64,000 nt of DNA, from positions 81,736 to 145,735 of the forward strand of contig NZ_MORL01000005.1 in assembly GCF_001870735.1 (NCBI RefSeq), read 5' to 3'. The DNA comes from Arsenicibacter rosenii. Its GTDB lineage: Bacteria > Bacteroidota > Bacteroidia > Cytophagales > Spirosomataceae. Within the stretch, counting starts at the first letter, position 1. Every line of letters begins with the position of its first letter. The notes beneath the pieces are model-generated. The model saw nothing but the letters and a program-made list of their open reading frames with translations. It did no database searches and was not told the DNA's origin. Position numbers and translations under genes: made by a program. Shown here piece after piece: positions 37,269 to 48,357 of the stretch.

Positions 37269-39752
37269 TTATGCATTTACCGATTGTTCAGCCGGTTGTT
37301 TCTCCACACGGATTACCCCAACTGTGGCTTCTGTGCCAACGCTAGTAGCCGGCCTGACCATGCTCTGCTCAGCCAGCCACTTCTGAAGCTTTTTTGTGCT
37401 GGCTTTAGTCTCCCAACCATCTGGTAATACGAGCCATGCCGTACTTTTTTCTGCCAATAGACTCACAGATAGCCACACAAAATACACGAAGGCAGGAGCT
37501 TTACCGGTATACACGGCTTTGTACTGTGTTTTAAACCCATTCAGCTTGTTTTCCGGTACATCCGGCGAAGTGACAGGCGGTTGACTGATAACGATTTCAA
37601 AGCCTTTAAACGCTCCGTTCTGATCCAGTCGGGCAGGCCAGCGAATGCGCCATTCAAACCCGTCGTGATCTTCGGTCTGACGTTGCCGGATACGGTTCGT
37701 CAACCGTGCTATTTCCAGCTGTAACTTTTCCTGGTCCGCTTGCTGTGACGGGGTGAGTTGCTCAGGAAAGAGCAGGTTACCGGCATACCGCTGCCTATAA
37801 ATCGCTTGTAAACGTGTTAGCCGGTCAAGCAGCGGCCGGTCAGCCGAGGCAGCCTGTGCCTGTAAATGCTGCCGGAATTCATCGAGTTGCCGGGCGATTT
37901 TTCGTTCGGCAGCGGCCGTTTCCTTACCCCGATATAGCTGCATCTGCTGCTGTAAGTGCTCCAGCCGCCCGCTCAGTTCCTCCTCGCCATATAACAAAGG
38001 CAATGATAAATCCAGTTGGTAATGTAATGCATGACCGCTTTGCAGTTGCCACGTCAGGCTGGGAAAAGCGGGCCACGTTATGCCTTTCCTTTTATCAGTT
38101 ATGGCATACATATCCATCAGCAACTCCAGCGACAAACGGGTCAGGGCAATAGTCCGGCATGCATCATCCGGCACTACCCCGTACAGTATGGATGCCATCA
38201 GCGCCTTTTTAGCCTCAAACAAGGCTTTCCGGATACGTTGTGGCTCAGTATGCCGGTCAAACGGTTCTGTGAGCTGATAATACACCGGTTCGCCATCCAG
38301 AGTTGCCAGTTGTAACTGCTCATTCGCAATAACCAGTGCGTAGTGATGTAACGACTGCCCTTGTCCGTCGGCCAGCAGCCCCAGGGCATGCTGAGCCCGT
38401 ACTAATTCCTGCAGGACTATTTGTAAAAAACGGCCTGAACCCGCATAGACATCACAAACAGACAGACTCCGGAGCACCTCCAGGGCATCAGACGCCGACA
38501 CCTGCACCAGTTTTTCCGGCAGTTGCGAAAACTGATCCGTTGTCCAGCCAAAGAATTCGTTAAACTTCTTAAGCAGCGCCTCCTGAAGGGCAGCACGGGC
38601 TACTGCCCGACGGGTTGCCAGCGATGCCCCGGCTTCTTGCGCTACCCATGCTAACAGCCAGTCGATACCGGCCGCCGAAATAACAAACCGGTCATCTGCA
38701 ACAACCGATGGTGGCATACCGTCAACAAATTCGCAGGCTGCCATGATCTGTGCCAGCTGCACAAGTGGCGACGCAGCGTCTGTTGCCGACAGAGAATGGC
38801 GTTCTTTCGGGTTGTTGACAGTCGGCGATGCTCCGGCATCTGCTGCCAGCAATGCCGGATGCATCGATTGCCAAACATACAGAACAGCGGTCAGATCATC
38901 GTCAGTCCGGATTTCACCCAACGCTGTAGGAACCGGTGCCCCGATAGCCGCCAGTTTACATTCCAGTGCCCGCAAAAAGAATAGCCGGCAAAACCACCTG
39001 GCAAAATCAGACGGTATTACCTCGCGGATAGCCGTCAGTGCCTCTACCAGCTCCGGATCGACCACGTCTCCCGGTGCCGGGCTTGTATAGAGGTTTCTGA
39101 ACAACAAAAAGGCGCTCACCCAATCAGCCGTGTCGTCTTTCCGGCTTGACACCAGATCGCGCAGGTTGAGGTAGATAACCGGAATATCGGCCTGTATTTC
39201 GCGGATAGTCCTCGCAATCTCCCCATAGACCAGCGTTTCACTTTTCCCCTGCTGTTTCAGCTGAAAAATACGCCGGAGGCGCGGATGGTCAATAAAATAG
39301 GTCTGGATATCGTCCGCCTCAAACCAAAACCACGAAATGCCATCGGTTACGACCAGGGTTGCGGGCAGTCTGCCGCCGGTCTCCAGTTGCTCAAAACATG
39401 AGAGAATCAGGGCATGCAACGCCTTAACATTGGATTTCAGCGGTGTCATCATTTCGGCACCGAAGGCCCGCTTGACAACCAATATGGCAGGGGGGTCTTC
39501 CGGCGTAGCAGCCTCTGTCAGCAGCAATACACCGTTTGCATCTGTTTCACTTCGCCAGACTATGTCAGGTTGCATATCCTCAACGAAACCGGTGATGATC
39601 CGGCGCTGGAATAATTCCGTTTCGTCTTCACTGATCCTTGACACCAGTTTCCGGGCGGCTTCCTGAAATAAAGCAAACGCACCAGCCCGGGCGTAAGCCT
39701 GCCCTGAGGTGCAAAAAAGCTGTTGTACCGGTTTGCGAAGTGAAAGCCTCAT
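37269..39752 (-). CDS. large hypothetical protein (827 aa) with degenerate gamma-class N6-adenine MTase-like motifs; function unknown
   Basis: Long intact ORF. CDVYAGSGRFL resembles SAM motif I (DPAxGSGxFL), and FEIVISQPPV resembles a degenerate FDxVIGNPPY motif IV. There is no transmembrane segment, and the C-terminal part has coiled-coil character. Confidence 0.45.
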   Translation of the reverse strand: MRLSLRKPVQQLFCTSGQAYARAGAFALFQEAARKLVSRISEDETELFQRRIITGFVEDMQPDIVWRSETDANGVLLLTEAATPEDPPAILVVKRAFGAEMMTPLKSNVKALHALILSCFEQLETGGRLPATLVVTDGISWFWFEADDIQTYFIDHPRLRRIFQLKQQGKSETLVYGEIARTIREIQADIPVIYLNLRDLVSSRKDDTADWVSAFLLFRNLYTSPAPGDVVDPELVEALTAIREVIPSDFARWFCRLFFLRALECKLAAIGAPVPTALGEIRTDDDLTAVLYVWQSMHPALLAADAGASPTVNNPKERHSLSATDAASPLVQLAQIMAACEFVDGMPPSVVADDRFVISAAGIDWLLAWVAQEAGASLATRRAVARAALQEALLKKFNEFFGWTTDQFSQLPEKLVQVSASDALEVLRSLSVCDVYAGSGRFLQIVLQELVRAQHALGLLADGQGQSLHHYALVIANEQLQLATLDGEPVYYQLTEPFDRHTEPQRIRKALFEAKKALMASILYGVVPDDACRTIALTRLSLELLMDMYAITDKRKGITWPAFPSLTWQLQSGHALHYQLDLSLPLLYGEEELSGRLEHLQQQMQLYRGKETAAAERKIARQLDEFRQHLQAQAASADRPLLDRLTRLQAIYRQRYAGNLLFPEQLTPSQQADQEKLQLEIARLTNRIRQRQTEDHDGFEWRIRWPARLDQNGAFKGFEIVISQPPVTSPDVPENKLNGFKTQYKAVYTGKAPAFVYFVWLSVSLLAEKSTAWLVLPDGWETKASTKKLQKWLAEQSMVRPATSVGTEATVGVIRVEKQPAEQSVNA

Positions 39753-39809
39753 GCTGTAAAATTACATGGAACCAACGAAGTTTTAAGCGATTTAGTGGCT
39801 GATAAACAG

Positions 39810-39837
39810 CAAACGCCCGACAATGGCCGGGCGTTTG
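39810..39837 (-). terminator. rho-independent terminator after atpH
   Basis: CAAACGCCCG-acaatggc-CGGGCGTTTG, with a T-rich tract on the minus strand. The adjacent CAACGATAAATCGTTG is also a palindrome. Confidence 0.5.
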
Positions 39838-39876
39838 AATCAACGATAAATCGTTGCTATTGTTTTCGTACCTGGA

Positions 39877-40431
39877 TTAACTCAGGAACTCAAGTTTCAG
39901 TTCGTTCAGCTGGCTACGCAGGGAGGCATCCAGCTGTTCGTCGCCGATCCGGAGCACATATCCGCCGATCAGGTTCGGGTTTGTCTGCTCTTCCAGCTCA
40001 ACCCCTTTCGCACCGGTCGATTTAGTTACGAGTGCCTTGAAAGCAGTACGCAGTTCATCCGTGAGCGGTACGGTAGTGGTTACTGTGGCACGCTTGATGC
40101 CTTTCGATTCGTCGTACAAACGAATGAACTGGTCAGCAATGGCGTCAACGATTGCCTCCCGGTTTTTACGGGCAACAATACCGAAAAATGCCATCGACAG
40201 CGGGTTAATACGCCCTCCGAAGACAGCGTTAACAACCTGATTTTTCTTCTCGCTGCGCACAATCGGGTTCTTCAATACCAGTGCCAGCTGACGATTTTCA
40301 GCCAACGTGCGTTTGAAGAACAACATGTCGTTCTGAATGTCTTCTGTCAGGCCTTTTTCCTGCGCCAGATCAAATAATGATTTAGCGTACCGGAATGCTA
40401 CTGTAGATACAGCCATATCTTCGAAGCGCAA
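39877..40431 (-). CDS. atpH: F1F0 ATP synthase subunit delta (OSCP)
   Basis: 184 aa with an OSCP-like sequence (AFRYAKSLFDLA...). Confidence 0.85.
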   Translation of the reverse strand: MRFEDMAVSTVAFRYAKSLFDLAQEKGLTEDIQNDMLFFKRTLAENRQLALVLKNPIVRSEKKNQVVNAVFGGRINPLSMAFFGIVARKNREAIVDAIADQFIRLYDESKGIKRATVTTTVPLTDELRTAFKALVTKSTGAKGVELEEQTNPNLIGGYVLRIGDEQLDASLRSQLNELKLEFLS

Positions 40432-40481
40432 AATGCCTGGCGCCGAACAAGGAAATCCTTTATTCGCTGCCGGCCCCTTGC

Positions 40482-40976
40482 TTAGTTAAGTCTTGCGTTT
40501 GCTACTAAGTCCTGAACCAGTTTCTCCTGAGCCGATTTGTCGGCAAGTTCTTTACGAAGAACCTTCTCAGCGATGTCAAGTGAAAGCGTAACTACTTCTT
40601 TTTTCACCTGAGCCAATAATGCCTGGCGTTCGTTTGCCATGGCTTCGCGGGCCTGCTCCAGTACGCGCTGGCCTTCGGCAGCGGCTTTGTCACGGGCTTC
40701 AGCAATCATTCTATCAGCAGTTTCTTTGGCGCCGCGCAGCATTGCTTCACGCTCGGCACGGGCTTCAGCCAACAGTTTCTGATTGTCTGATTGCAGTTGG
40801 GCCATTTCCTTGCGTGTTTTTTCGGCAAGGTCAATAGCACTCTGAATGCTTTCTTCCCGCTCTTTCAAGCCACTGGTAATCGGTTTCCAGGCAAAGCGGG
40901 ACAGGATAAAGAAGATGGCGAGGAATACAACTACCTGCCAGAAGAGTAACCCAATATCCGGGGTAAGTAAATCCAT
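40482..40976 (-). CDS. atpF: F1F0 ATP synthase subunit b
   Basis: N-terminal TM helix followed by a long charged helix (EAR/ERE repeats). Confidence 0.85.
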   Translation of the reverse strand: MDLLTPDIGLLFWQVVVFLAIFFILSRFAWKPITSGLKEREESIQSAIDLAEKTRKEMAQLQSDNQKLLAEARAEREAMLRGAKETADRMIAEARDKAAAEGQRVLEQAREAMANERQALLAQVKKEVVTLSLDIAEKVLRKELADKSAQEKLVQDLVANARLN

Positions 40977-41188
40977 TGTATTTACGAATTACGATTTACG
41001 TATGAATGTCACAGATTTACGATTGCCGGCATTTACGAGGTAAAAGAAAACCTGCTCACAAACCGTTGGGCGTAAATCTTGAAATGCCTGTTCACTGGCT
41101 AATCCATATGAACAGGCAATTTCGGATTTTTTTGACGCTTGCGCCGACACCTAATGTAATCAGCACGTCAGTTGCCGGTTCGTCTGGA

Positions 41189-42638
<1,450 letters not shown>

Positions 42639-42657
42639 GATGCAATCGAAAGCGGTT

Positions 42658-43062
42658 TTACAAATCGCGTCGCAAGTTACGATTAAGACCGTACATTTCA
42701 AAGCTGGTATAAAATATATATAGTACAAGAAAGTCTAAAATGAAGATCTTGCGGTCGTCGAGCCCCCGATACAGAAAAAAACCAACGAACCCTACACTTA
42801 AGATCAGCCGGACAATAATGAATGTCATATAAAACCCGATGAACCGTTCGGGTTTACCCTGATTTCCAAGATCAACTAACCGGTGCATGAGAAACGAAAG
42901 ACTGACGTAAAAGAGCAGCATTACTTTCCAGAGCGGATGTACAAACTGATTCCCGTAAAAGTACTCAGCTATAAAAAATACAAATGCGATAACGGCTGAG
43001 AAGATAACTGAACGAAGCATTATGGTAGTAAAAATGAATTCGCAACAATGAACACTGAACAA
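42658..43062 (-). CDS. small hypothetical membrane protein upstream of atpB (AtpI-like position)
   Basis: 134 aa with 4 TM helices. Operon position matches ATP synthase protein I in other Bacteroidetes. Confidence 0.4.
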   Translation of the reverse strand: MFSVHCCEFIFTTIMLRSVIFSAVIAFVFFIAEYFYGNQFVHPLWKVMLLFYVSLSFLMHRLVDLGNQGKPERFIGFYMTFIIVRLILSVGFVGFFLYRGLDDRKIFILDFLVLYIFYTSFEMYGLNRNLRRDL

Positions 43063-43102
43063 TTCCGTGATAAATTATACATTATTCACCATTCTTAGCC
43101 TG

Positions 43103-43360
43103 TCATTGTTTTGGAAGCTGTTTTATAAAGAGATACAGTGACGTCCCAATAGCCGTCAGTGACAAAATTACGGTCCAGGCCGGAAACTTATTCCCTGACC
43201 ATTCGTCAATCTTCATCCCGCCCCAGACACCTAACCCGATGGTGCCCAGCATCTGAAAAGCGATACTGCTGTATTGCGCATAGGATGAGGTTTTACGGCT
43301 GGCATCATCCAGCTTTTTGCGGACCTCACCCTGATCTGGTTTTTGTTCTTTATTTTCCAT
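43103..43360 (-). CDS. AtpZ/AtpI-family small membrane protein
   Basis: 85 aa, polar N-terminus plus 2 TM helices. First gene of the atp operon. Confidence 0.55.
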   Translation of the reverse strand: MENKEQKPDQGEVRKKLDDASRKTSSYAQYSSIAFQMLGTIGLGVWGGMKIDEWSGNKFPAWTVILSLTAIGTSLYLFIKQLPKQ

Positions 43361-43529
43361 GATACAGGCTATCTGGCTGGTCGTTCGACCTTTATTTTGT
43401 TATTTTGGGTTTGGTTTCAATACGGCAAACCCATTCTGGTACGTTTTATGAATGGTGATTTTCCAACACGTGCACACCCGACCGGCCACACAGCTTGTAA
43501 AGGTCGTGTTTTTTATGTTATGTTCCCGG

Positions 43530-45794
43530 ATGCGACGTCTCTATACTAACTACGTTTCTATCTACTTCGTTACGCTGACTGCGTTTATTGGTCTGGTTTT
43601 GGGGTTAGCCGGCTGTTCGCAATACAGCAACCGCTCCATGAGCAAAGGTTACCATAACCTTACCGCCCATTACAATGCCTACTTCATTGCCAAAGTAAAG
43701 ATGGACGAAGTTGAAAAATTTCGTTTTGAAAACCGTAAGGAAAACTACAACCAGCTTCTGCCGATTCTGCTACCCGTTGATTCACTGGAAGCGCAGCCGA
43801 TGCAGGCCCAGCTCGATGACGTGATCAAAAAAGCTTCGCTGGTCGCCGAACGGCACCAGAACAGCAAGTGGCTGGACAATGCGTATAACTTAATCGGTAA
43901 GGTCCGGCTCTATCGGGAAGATTTCCCGAATGCAGTCGAAGTATTCAAATACGTCAACACCAAAGGCACGGATCCGGATGATAAGCACGAAGCCCTCATT
44001 CTGCTCATGCAGACCTATACGGAAATGGGTGACTTCCCGAATGCGCTGAACGTAGCTGAATTTTTGCGGACCCAGCCGCTCAACACCGCAAATACAAAAG
44101 CCTTTTACCTGACAAAAGCCAACCTGCACCAGCGCAAAGGTGAATATGCCGTCGCGGCGGCTATTCTGGATGCCACGTTCCCTTCGCTCAAGAAAGGAGA
44201 AGCAACGGCCAGATTACACCTGGCGGCAGGCCAGTTGTATGACATGGCGAATCAGCCGGCAAAGGCAGCGGATCACTACCAGGCCGTGCTGAAAAACCGG
44301 CCGCTCTACGATCAGGCGTTCTACGCAAACATGCTTTTGCTGCAAAGCACCGACCCACGGCAGGCCGCAAAAGCAAACAGCACTTTTGAGCGGATGCTCC
44401 GCGACCGCAAAAACGAAGACCTGAAAGATAAGATTTACTATACGATGGGCCTGCTCGAAGCCCGTAAGGGGCAATACGACCGCGCTATTGCCTTATACCG
44501 GATTTCGATTCAGGAAACAACAACGAATACGGCCCAGATACCGTATACCTATCTGGAAATGGGTAAGCTGTATTTTGAGAAGAAACAGCAGTTCGAAACC
44601 GCACGGGCTTATTATGACAGCGCCCTCGCCCTGCTGCCGCAGCAGTCGCCTGACTTTGCGGCTATTCAGGGCCGTAAAAAGACACTGGATGACTTTGTCA
44701 AACACCTGACTATTGTCCGGACAGAGGACAGCCTCCAGCATCTGGCGGCGCTTAGCCCCGATGCACTCGAAAAAGTATTAAGCGCGGCCATTGCACGGCA
44801 AGCCAAAGAAGACGAAGCAAAAGCCGAACTGGCCCGCAAGGTTATTGAAAAAGCAACCGGCCAGTCAACCAGTGCCGGTATGAGTATGCCGGGCGCGACC
44901 AACTCCAACCTCGCGCCGGACCAGCGTTGGCTTTTGTACAACCCAAACCGGATGGCACAGGGAAAACAGGAATTCATGCAACGCTGGGGTAACCGGCCGC
45001 TGGAAGATAACTGGCGTCGTCAGACCAAAGATGCACCGAACGTTATCGCGGCGACCTCAGTAACGTCACCGGCAAACAACACGGCTACGACGGCTGGAGG
45101 TAACACTGCCAACCCCGGCCTCCCGGCTGAACTCGCCAGTAGTTTTAATAACGGACAGCCATCTGCGAAAGCCCGGCGCGATGCGATGTATGCATCCATT
45201 CCGTTTTCTGCCGAGGCCAAAAACCAGTCGAACCAACGGCTTGACGAATCCCTGTACCAGCTCGGTAAGATTTATAAGTTCCAGCTGAATCAGCCGAAAG
45301 ATGCCGTGAAGACGTTTGAGAGCCATGCCGGGCGTTTTCCGGGTAGCCAGCACCGTCCGGAAGTGTATTATCTGCTCTATCTGACGAATGAGCAGCTGGG
45401 TATTCAGACCGATTGGCGCGACAAACTCCTGCGTGAATTCCCGAATACATCGTATGCACGTCTGGCTAATAAAAGCACGCGGTCAGATCAACCAACGACC
45501 GGCGCGGAAGCCATCGCGACCAAAACCTACACGGATATCTATACCCTCTACAAGTCCGGGAATTATTCAGAAGCATTGGCCCGCTCCGAAAATGCACTGG
45601 CCAGTTTTGCCGGTACACAGATTGAAGATAAGCTGGCACTGCTTCGTACCATGCTGGTTGGTCATGTACACGGTGCCGAAAAATTCCGGCAGGCGATTAC
45701 CGAATTCATGCGTGATTACCCCGCCAGCCCGCTTTTACCGTACGTAAAAGAACTACAGACGACAGCCGACCAGACAACGGCTAAGCGTAAATAA
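43530..45794 (+). CDS. TPR-repeat lipoprotein
   Basis: LAGCSQ lipobox, multiple TPR-like helical repeats, and a low-complexity linker of about 100 aa. Confidence 0.6.
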   Translation: MRRLYTNYVSIYFVTLTAFIGLVLGLAGCSQYSNRSMSKGYHNLTAHYNAYFIAKVKMDEVEKFRFENRKENYNQLLPILLPVDSLEAQPMQAQLDDVIKKASLVAERHQNSKWLDNAYNLIGKVRLYREDFPNAVEVFKYVNTKGTDPDDKHEALILLMQTYTEMGDFPNALNVAEFLRTQPLNTANTKAFYLTKANLHQRKGEYAVAAAILDATFPSLKKGEATARLHLAAGQLYDMANQPAKAADHYQAVLKNRPLYDQAFYANMLLLQSTDPRQAAKANSTFERMLRDRKNEDLKDKIYYTMGLLEARKGQYDRAIALYRISIQETTTNTAQIPYTYLEMGKLYFEKKQQFETARAYYDSALALLPQQSPDFAAIQGRKKTLDDFVKHLTIVRTEDSLQHLAALSPDALEKVLSAAIARQAKEDEAKAELARKVIEKATGQSTSAGMSMPGATNSNLAPDQRWLLYNPNRMAQGKQEFMQRWGNRPLEDNWRRQTKDAPNVIAATSVTSPANNTATTAGGNTANPGLPAELASSFNNGQPSAKARRDAMYASIPFSAEAKNQSNQRLDESLYQLGKIYKFQLNQPKDAVKTFESHAGRFPGSQHRPEVYYLLYLTNEQLGIQTDWRDKLLREFPNTSYARLANKSTRSDQPTTGAEAIATKTYTDIYTLYKSGNYSEALARSENALASFAGTQIEDKLALLRTMLVGHVHGAEKFRQAITEFMRDYPASPLLPYVKELQTTADQTTAKRK

Positions 45795-45879
45795 GTATCC
45801 GGTCAGAAAAGTGGCAGCTTATTGTTTTTTTGGCTTTCTTGCCACTTTCTGATGTCGAAGTTTAATGTAACAGCCATCA

Positions 45880-48225
45880 ATGATTGAACTCGCTCCCGGT
45901 CCCTACCGTAAGTTGATCCGACGCTTATGGCGAGGCACCCTCATAGGCCTCGGCATGCTGATTTTGTATATTCTGGCCGTCAGTTTTAACTTTTTATGGT
46001 TGTTCGGTGGTATGCCGAACCTGAAAACGCTGGAAAATCCGCAAAGTGAAATTGCCTCTGCCCTTTATTCAGAAGACGGCGTCTTACTGGGTAAATATTA
46101 TACTGAAAACCGTACACTGGTTGAAATTACGCAGGTTTCGCCTAACGTGATTATGGCGTTGCTGTCTACAGAAGACGCCCGCTTTACCAAACATTCGGGG
46201 ATTGATCCGCGCTCTATTTTCCGGGCAGCCCTGGGCTTTATTCCGTTTACCGGCAGTAAAGGCGGTGGCAGTACGCTTACCCAGCAAACGGCGAAAAACC
46301 TCTTTGAAACCCGTGGCGAGAAATATCGCGGCCTGTTAGGCCACATTCCGCTGGTCCGTACGGTTATCGAAAAAACCAAGGAATGGATTCTGTCGGTACA
46401 GCTCGAACGCAACTACACCAAGCAGGAGATCATGATGATGTACCTGAACACGGTTTCGTTCGGTAATAACACCTATGGTATCAAGACCGCTGCCAAAACC
46501 TATTTCAACAAGGAGCCATGGAGCCTGAATGTGCAGGAGGCCGCCCTGCTGGTGGGTATGCTACAGAACCCGTCGCTCTGGAACCCGCGCACACACGAAG
46601 ACCGCGCCCTGCAACGGCGCAATGTTGTGCTGTCGCAGATGAAGAAATATGGCTTCCTGAACGAAGAACAATACATCAGCTATAAGGAAAAGCCCATTCA
46701 GCTGGATTTCAACATCGAAAACCAGAATACCGGCATGGCGCCGTATTTCCGCTCGGTGTTGAAACAGGAATTACAACAGTGGATCGATAGTTATAACGAG
46801 GCCAATGACACAGAGCTCGATCTGTATACCAGCGGCCTCCAGATCATCACTACGATTGATTCACGCATGCAGACCTACGCCGAAGCAGCCGTGATGGAAA
46901 ACATGCGCGACCAGCAAACCAAGTTTTATGAACACTGGCGCGGCCGGAATCCGTGGGTTGAAAAAGACGCCAAAACCGGCAAATTCCGTGAAATTCCCGG
47001 ATTTATCGAGTCGGTAGCGAAACGGACAGGCCGCTACCGGCAGTTGAAAGAACAGTACCCCGACGACGATGCGGCGATCTGGAAAGAAATGCGGCAACCG
47101 GTTAAGATGAAAGTGTTTACCTATGCCGGTAAAAAACATGAAAAGGACACGACACTCAGCTCACTTGACTCGATCCGGTACTACAAGCGGATGCTGAATA
47201 CCGGCTTTATGGCCATGGACCCGCGCGACGGCCACGTAAAAGCCTGGGTGGGTGGCATCAACTTTAAATACATGAAGTTTGATCACGTCCGCCAGGGAAG
47301 GCGGCAGCCAGGGTCAACGTTCAAACCGTTCGTGTATCTGTCGGCGCTGGACAATAACTACATGACGCCCTGCGACCATCTGGTTGATCAGCCCACGACG
47401 TTTGCGCCTTACGAATTAGGCAACGGCCCGAAATCCTGGACGCCTAAAAACTCGAACGGCAAATACAGTTACCGCTCCCTGTCACTGCGCGAAGCCATTG
47501 GCCAATCCATCAACACCGTCAGTGCACAGCTGATAAAAAAAGCGACGCCCGAAACGGTGGTGAATTATGCCAAACGCCTGGGCATTTCCAGTGAACTCCT
47601 GGCCAATCCAACGCTTTGCCTCGGTACCAGTGATGTTTCTGTCTACGAAATGGTGGCGGCCTACTGCACCTTTGCCAACGGTGGTTATCGCGTAAAGCCC
47701 ATGCTGATCTGGAAAATTCTGGATAAAGACGGCAACGAGCTGGCGAAATTCAACCCGGAAGCCAAGCAGGAAATCAGCGCCGACCGGGCTTACGATATGC
47801 TCTATCTGATGCGCGGTGCCGTCGAAGAACCCGGTGGAACGGCCGCAAGACTGCGTAGTCAGTATAAACTGAGTGAAGGCGGTAACGAGATTGCGGCGAA
47901 AACCGGTACTACCTCCAATTACTCCGATGCCTGGTTTATGGGAATGACCCAGCATCTGGTAGCTGGCCTGTGGGTCGGCGGTGACGACCGGAGTATTCAC
48001 TTCCGGAATATTGAGCTTGGTCAGGGTGGCCGTCTGGCTATGCCCGCATGGGGCTTATTCATGCAGCGCGTCTATAAGGATCCGACGCTGCGGAAGTATA
48101 AACCGGAGCCGTTCCGTAAGCCTGACAAGTACAAAATCGACTGTGGCGGCTACTATATTGATTCGTCCCAGCGCTATGTACCACCCAAAGTGCTGAACTC
48201 CGAAGACGAAGATATTTTGCAGTAA
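45880..48225 (+). CDS. mrcA: penicillin-binding protein 1A (bifunctional GT51 transglycosylase / transpeptidase)
   Basis: EDARFTKHSGID (GT51), STFKP (SxxK) and KTGTT motifs. Length is 781 aa. Confidence 0.9.
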   Translation: MIELAPGPYRKLIRRLWRGTLIGLGMLILYILAVSFNFLWLFGGMPNLKTLENPQSEIASALYSEDGVLLGKYYTENRTLVEITQVSPNVIMALLSTEDARFTKHSGIDPRSIFRAALGFIPFTGSKGGGSTLTQQTAKNLFETRGEKYRGLLGHIPLVRTVIEKTKEWILSVQLERNYTKQEIMMMYLNTVSFGNNTYGIKTAAKTYFNKEPWSLNVQEAALLVGMLQNPSLWNPRTHEDRALQRRNVVLSQMKKYGFLNEEQYISYKEKPIQLDFNIENQNTGMAPYFRSVLKQELQQWIDSYNEANDTELDLYTSGLQIITTIDSRMQTYAEAAVMENMRDQQTKFYEHWRGRNPWVEKDAKTGKFREIPGFIESVAKRTGRYRQLKEQYPDDDAAIWKEMRQPVKMKVFTYAGKKHEKDTTLSSLDSIRYYKRMLNTGFMAMDPRDGHVKAWVGGINFKYMKFDHVRQGRRQPGSTFKPFVYLSALDNNYMTPCDHLVDQPTTFAPYELGNGPKSWTPKNSNGKYSYRSLSLREAIGQSINTVSAQLIKKATPETVVNYAKRLGISSELLANPTLCLGTSDVSVYEMVAAYCTFANGGYRVKPMLIWKILDKDGNELAKFNPEAKQEISADRAYDMLYLMRGAVEEPGGTAARLRSQYKLSEGGNEIAAKTGTTSNYSDAWFMGMTQHLVAGLWVGGDDRSIHFRNIELGQGGRLAMPAWGLFMQRVYKDPTLRKYKPEPFRKPDKYKIDCGGYYIDSSQRYVPPKVLNSEDEDILQ

Positions 48226-48357
48226 CTATTTTAGCCCGTCATTGGTTTTTAGTGAGAAGACCAATCCCATACGACCCCGGCAGATCGCCTGTTTATGCCC
48301 CATAAACAACGATTCCTGCCGGGGTTGCAACTGAATGAACCATTAAAAGCATTACCT

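Noticed and set aside
47482-48000. 172-aa minus-strand ORF inside the PBP1A gene
   Set aside because: Antisense to conserved PBP motifs (KTGTT region).
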